From contig CAYOTO010000001.1 of NCBI GenBank assembly GCA_964406945.1, positions 101,502 to 165,501 of the forward strand: a stretch of 64,000 nucleotides of DNA, written 5' to 3'. The position numbers and the translations under genes are program-made. This DNA is from an uncultured Pirellulales bacterium. Lineage in GTDB: Bacteria; Planctomycetota; Phycisphaerae; Sedimentisphaerales; Anaerobacaceae. Numbering within the stretch: position 1 is the stretch's first letter; the number at the start of each line of letters is the position of its first letter. The notes beneath the pieces were generated by a model. That model did no database searches. It saw only the letters and a program-made list of their open reading frames with translations, and was not told where the DNA came from. Positions 62,528 through 64,000 of this stretch are shown here, piece by piece.

Positions 62528-64000
62528 GTGACCAAAGACGTAAACATCCACATAAAGACCCGGGGCGCCGACAAGAGCCGCCGCGATCTCGACAAGGTCG
62601 GCAACTCCGCTAAGGGCGTCGGCGACAAGACCCGGAAGGGCTCAAAACAGGCCGGCGACGCCGTAGAGCAGAGCACCGGCAAGCTCAAGGGTCTCGGCGG
62701 AGTCCTGGGCACGCTCAAGAGCCAGGTCATGGGCTTCGTGGGCGCATGGCTGGGCTTCTCCGGCGTGCAGCGGATCCTGGATTACGTCATACGCAGGCTG
62801 GAGACCATCAAGCGGCTGCAGGCCGAGATCCACGACCGTACGGTCGAGGCCTCTCAGATCGGCCAGGCCCTGGAATTCCAGACCGGCACCCTCGGCCGCC
62901 AGCAGTTCTGGAGCCGCCAGGCCCTGGCCCTGCAGCAGGCCGGCGGCCTGGAAAGTCCGCAGACCGCCCAGCAGATGCTGGTCTCGATGGACATAGCCTT
63001 CGCCGACCAGGGCGGCATAAAGAACCGGGCCGTCCGCGACATCGCCGGCAAGCTCGCCCCCTTCGTCGGCGCAGCCCAACTGGGCCCGGCCGAGGTCGCC
63101 AAACTCTTCGAGTTCGCCGGCACCGCAGGCGTAGCACCCACGGCCACAGCCTACGAGGACTACTTCGCCAAGCTCACCGCCGGCTATACATCGGCCAAGG
63201 CCACCGACTTCGGCCGATTCATGGTCGGCCTCCAAAAAGGCGGCACCGCCTACATGTCAGCAGGCGGCACACTGGAGCAGGCAATCAGCGCCTTCGGTTC
63301 GGCCCGATCGGTAATGCCGAACGAGGAGCTGGCCGCCACGCTCATCGAGCAGGTGGCCCGCCTGTCGTCCGGCGCATACGCAAAGCCCAGGGCTGCGATG
63401 GAACGGGCCCTCGGCGTCGACTGGGGCTCGCTCAATATGGACCAGCGGATGGAGTCGCTGCTGAAGTACGTCCGTCAGATCCCCGAATCCCAGCGCGGCA
63501 GCCTGCTGGCCGAGCAGGGCTTTCCCGTAGAGCTTACCACTCAGATCGGCAAGATGGTCAGCCCCGAAGCCAGCAGGGCCATGACCGCCACCCGACAGGC
63601 GGTGGAATCGGCGGCCGGTGCATCGGTTCGCGCCGCAAGCCAGGCCTATACCGACTCGGTCCTGGGCCGCCAGCGCCAGACCGCAGCCCGGGCGGCCGCG
63701 ACACGGACAGCCGCCGGCCCGGACTTCGCCGACTGGCAGAACCGCATCAAGCAAGCCCGCGCCGAGTTCGAGGTCCTCCAGGCCAAGGGCGAGGATACGG
63801 ACGTCTGGGACAAGCACGAGCCCTATGTAATGGCTTTTGATCAGCTCTATCGCGACGTCGTCGCATTCAAGAAGTCCCTTCCCGATGACGATCCCCGCCG
63901 CGCCGAGGCCGACAACCTGCGTGGGGCAATATTGGCCGCCCTGGCCCGGCGCAGGGAGACGGTAGCCGGCCTGCTGACCCCCGCCGCCGGCGGCGCCGCA
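62528..64000 (+). CDS. tail tape measure protein (N-terminal part; continues beyond the window)
   Basis: GTG 62528. Frame 2 is open to base 64000 (not in the ORF track because there is no stop). Helical Ala/Gln-rich sequence with TP901-type TMP-core-like stretch (LAPFVGAAQLGPAEVAKLFEFAGTAGV...MSAGGTLEQAISAFGSARSV). Confidence 0.7.
   Translation, partial: MTKDVNIHIKTRGADKSRRDLDKVGNSAKGVGDKTRKGSKQAGDAVEQSTGKLKGLGGVLGTLKSQVMGFVGAWLGFSGVQRILDYVIRRLETIKRLQAEIHDRTVEASQIGQALEFQTGTLGRQQFWSRQALALQQAGGLESPQTAQQMLVSMDIAFADQGGIKNRAVRDIAGKLAPFVGAAQLGPAEVAKLFEFAGTAGVAPTATAYEDYFAKLTAGYTSAKATDFGRFMVGLQKGGTAYMSAGGTLEQAISAFGSARSVMPNEELAATLIEQVARLSSGAYAKPRAAMERALGVDWGSLNMDQRMESLLKYVRQIPESQRGSLLAEQGFPVELTTQIGKMVSPEASRAMTATRQAVESAAGASVRAASQAYTDSVLGRQRQTAARAAATRTAAGPDFADWQNRIKQARAEFEVLQAKGEDTDVWDKHEPYVMAFDQLYRDVVAFKKSLPDDDPRRAEADNLRGAILAALARRRETVAGLLTPAAGGAA

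Larger units (their letters stand above)
37098..64000. mobile_element. Mu-like transposable prophage (right end beyond the window; left end between about 36.7 and 37.1 kb)
   Basis: DDE transposase with Mu-type C-terminal barrel, MuB-like AAA+ ATPase, GemA (DUF1018), Gam, DUF3486 small terminase, gp28-like TerL, MuF domain and gp37-like protein, plus a complete HK97-type head module and a tape measure. Confidence 0.85.

Noticed and set aside
62746-63840. 364-aa plus-strand ORF, and minus-strand ORFs 62642..63235 and 63257..63817
   Set aside because: These are alternative frames of the tape-measure gene. The frame starting at GTG 62528 is open to the window end and gives a helical TMP-like sequence. 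These give Arg/Pro/Gly-rich sequence.

Overview
GC-rich bacterial chromosome segment. The pseudopilin-rich secretion operon, a dockerin-like secreted protein and the style of the intergenic repeats suggest a Planctomycetota/Phycisphaerae-like host, but this is inference only. All calls come from reading the six-frame translations and the DNA by eye; no searches were run, and start codons are best guesses (RBS or start/stop overlap). Bases 1-36.4 kb are host genes: a TPR lipoprotein; an acetate/acetyl-CoA locus that also carries a lysine-acetylation writer and eraser (acs, OFA-type MFS, AcuC-type deacetylase, acetyl-CoA hydrolase/transferase::GNAT fusion, ADP-forming ACS); scattered housekeeping genes (LigD-PE-like, dgkA, CDF, M60-like peptidase, phosphohexomutase, serA, DUF2752, IMPase); and a 13-kb type II secretion/pseudopilus-like operon (gspE, gspF, seven pseudopilin-like genes and an embedded secreted dockerin-like protein). 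From about 37.1 kb to the right edge lies a Mu-like transposable prophage. It has a DDE transposase, a MuB-like ATPase, GemA and Gam, but an unusual layout. Terminase, portal, capsid and putative fibre genes run leftward. The early genes and the neck, tube and tape-measure genes run rightward. Between the arms sit an AT-rich divergent switch, a dense run of GC hairpins and an initiator-like tRNA-Met. Several families of short dispersed or tandem repeats fill the intergenic gaps, including a decayed RAYT/REP element and a CACGGATT-array element seen only in the prophage. No CRISPR array, rRNA, integrase or reverse transcriptase was seen.
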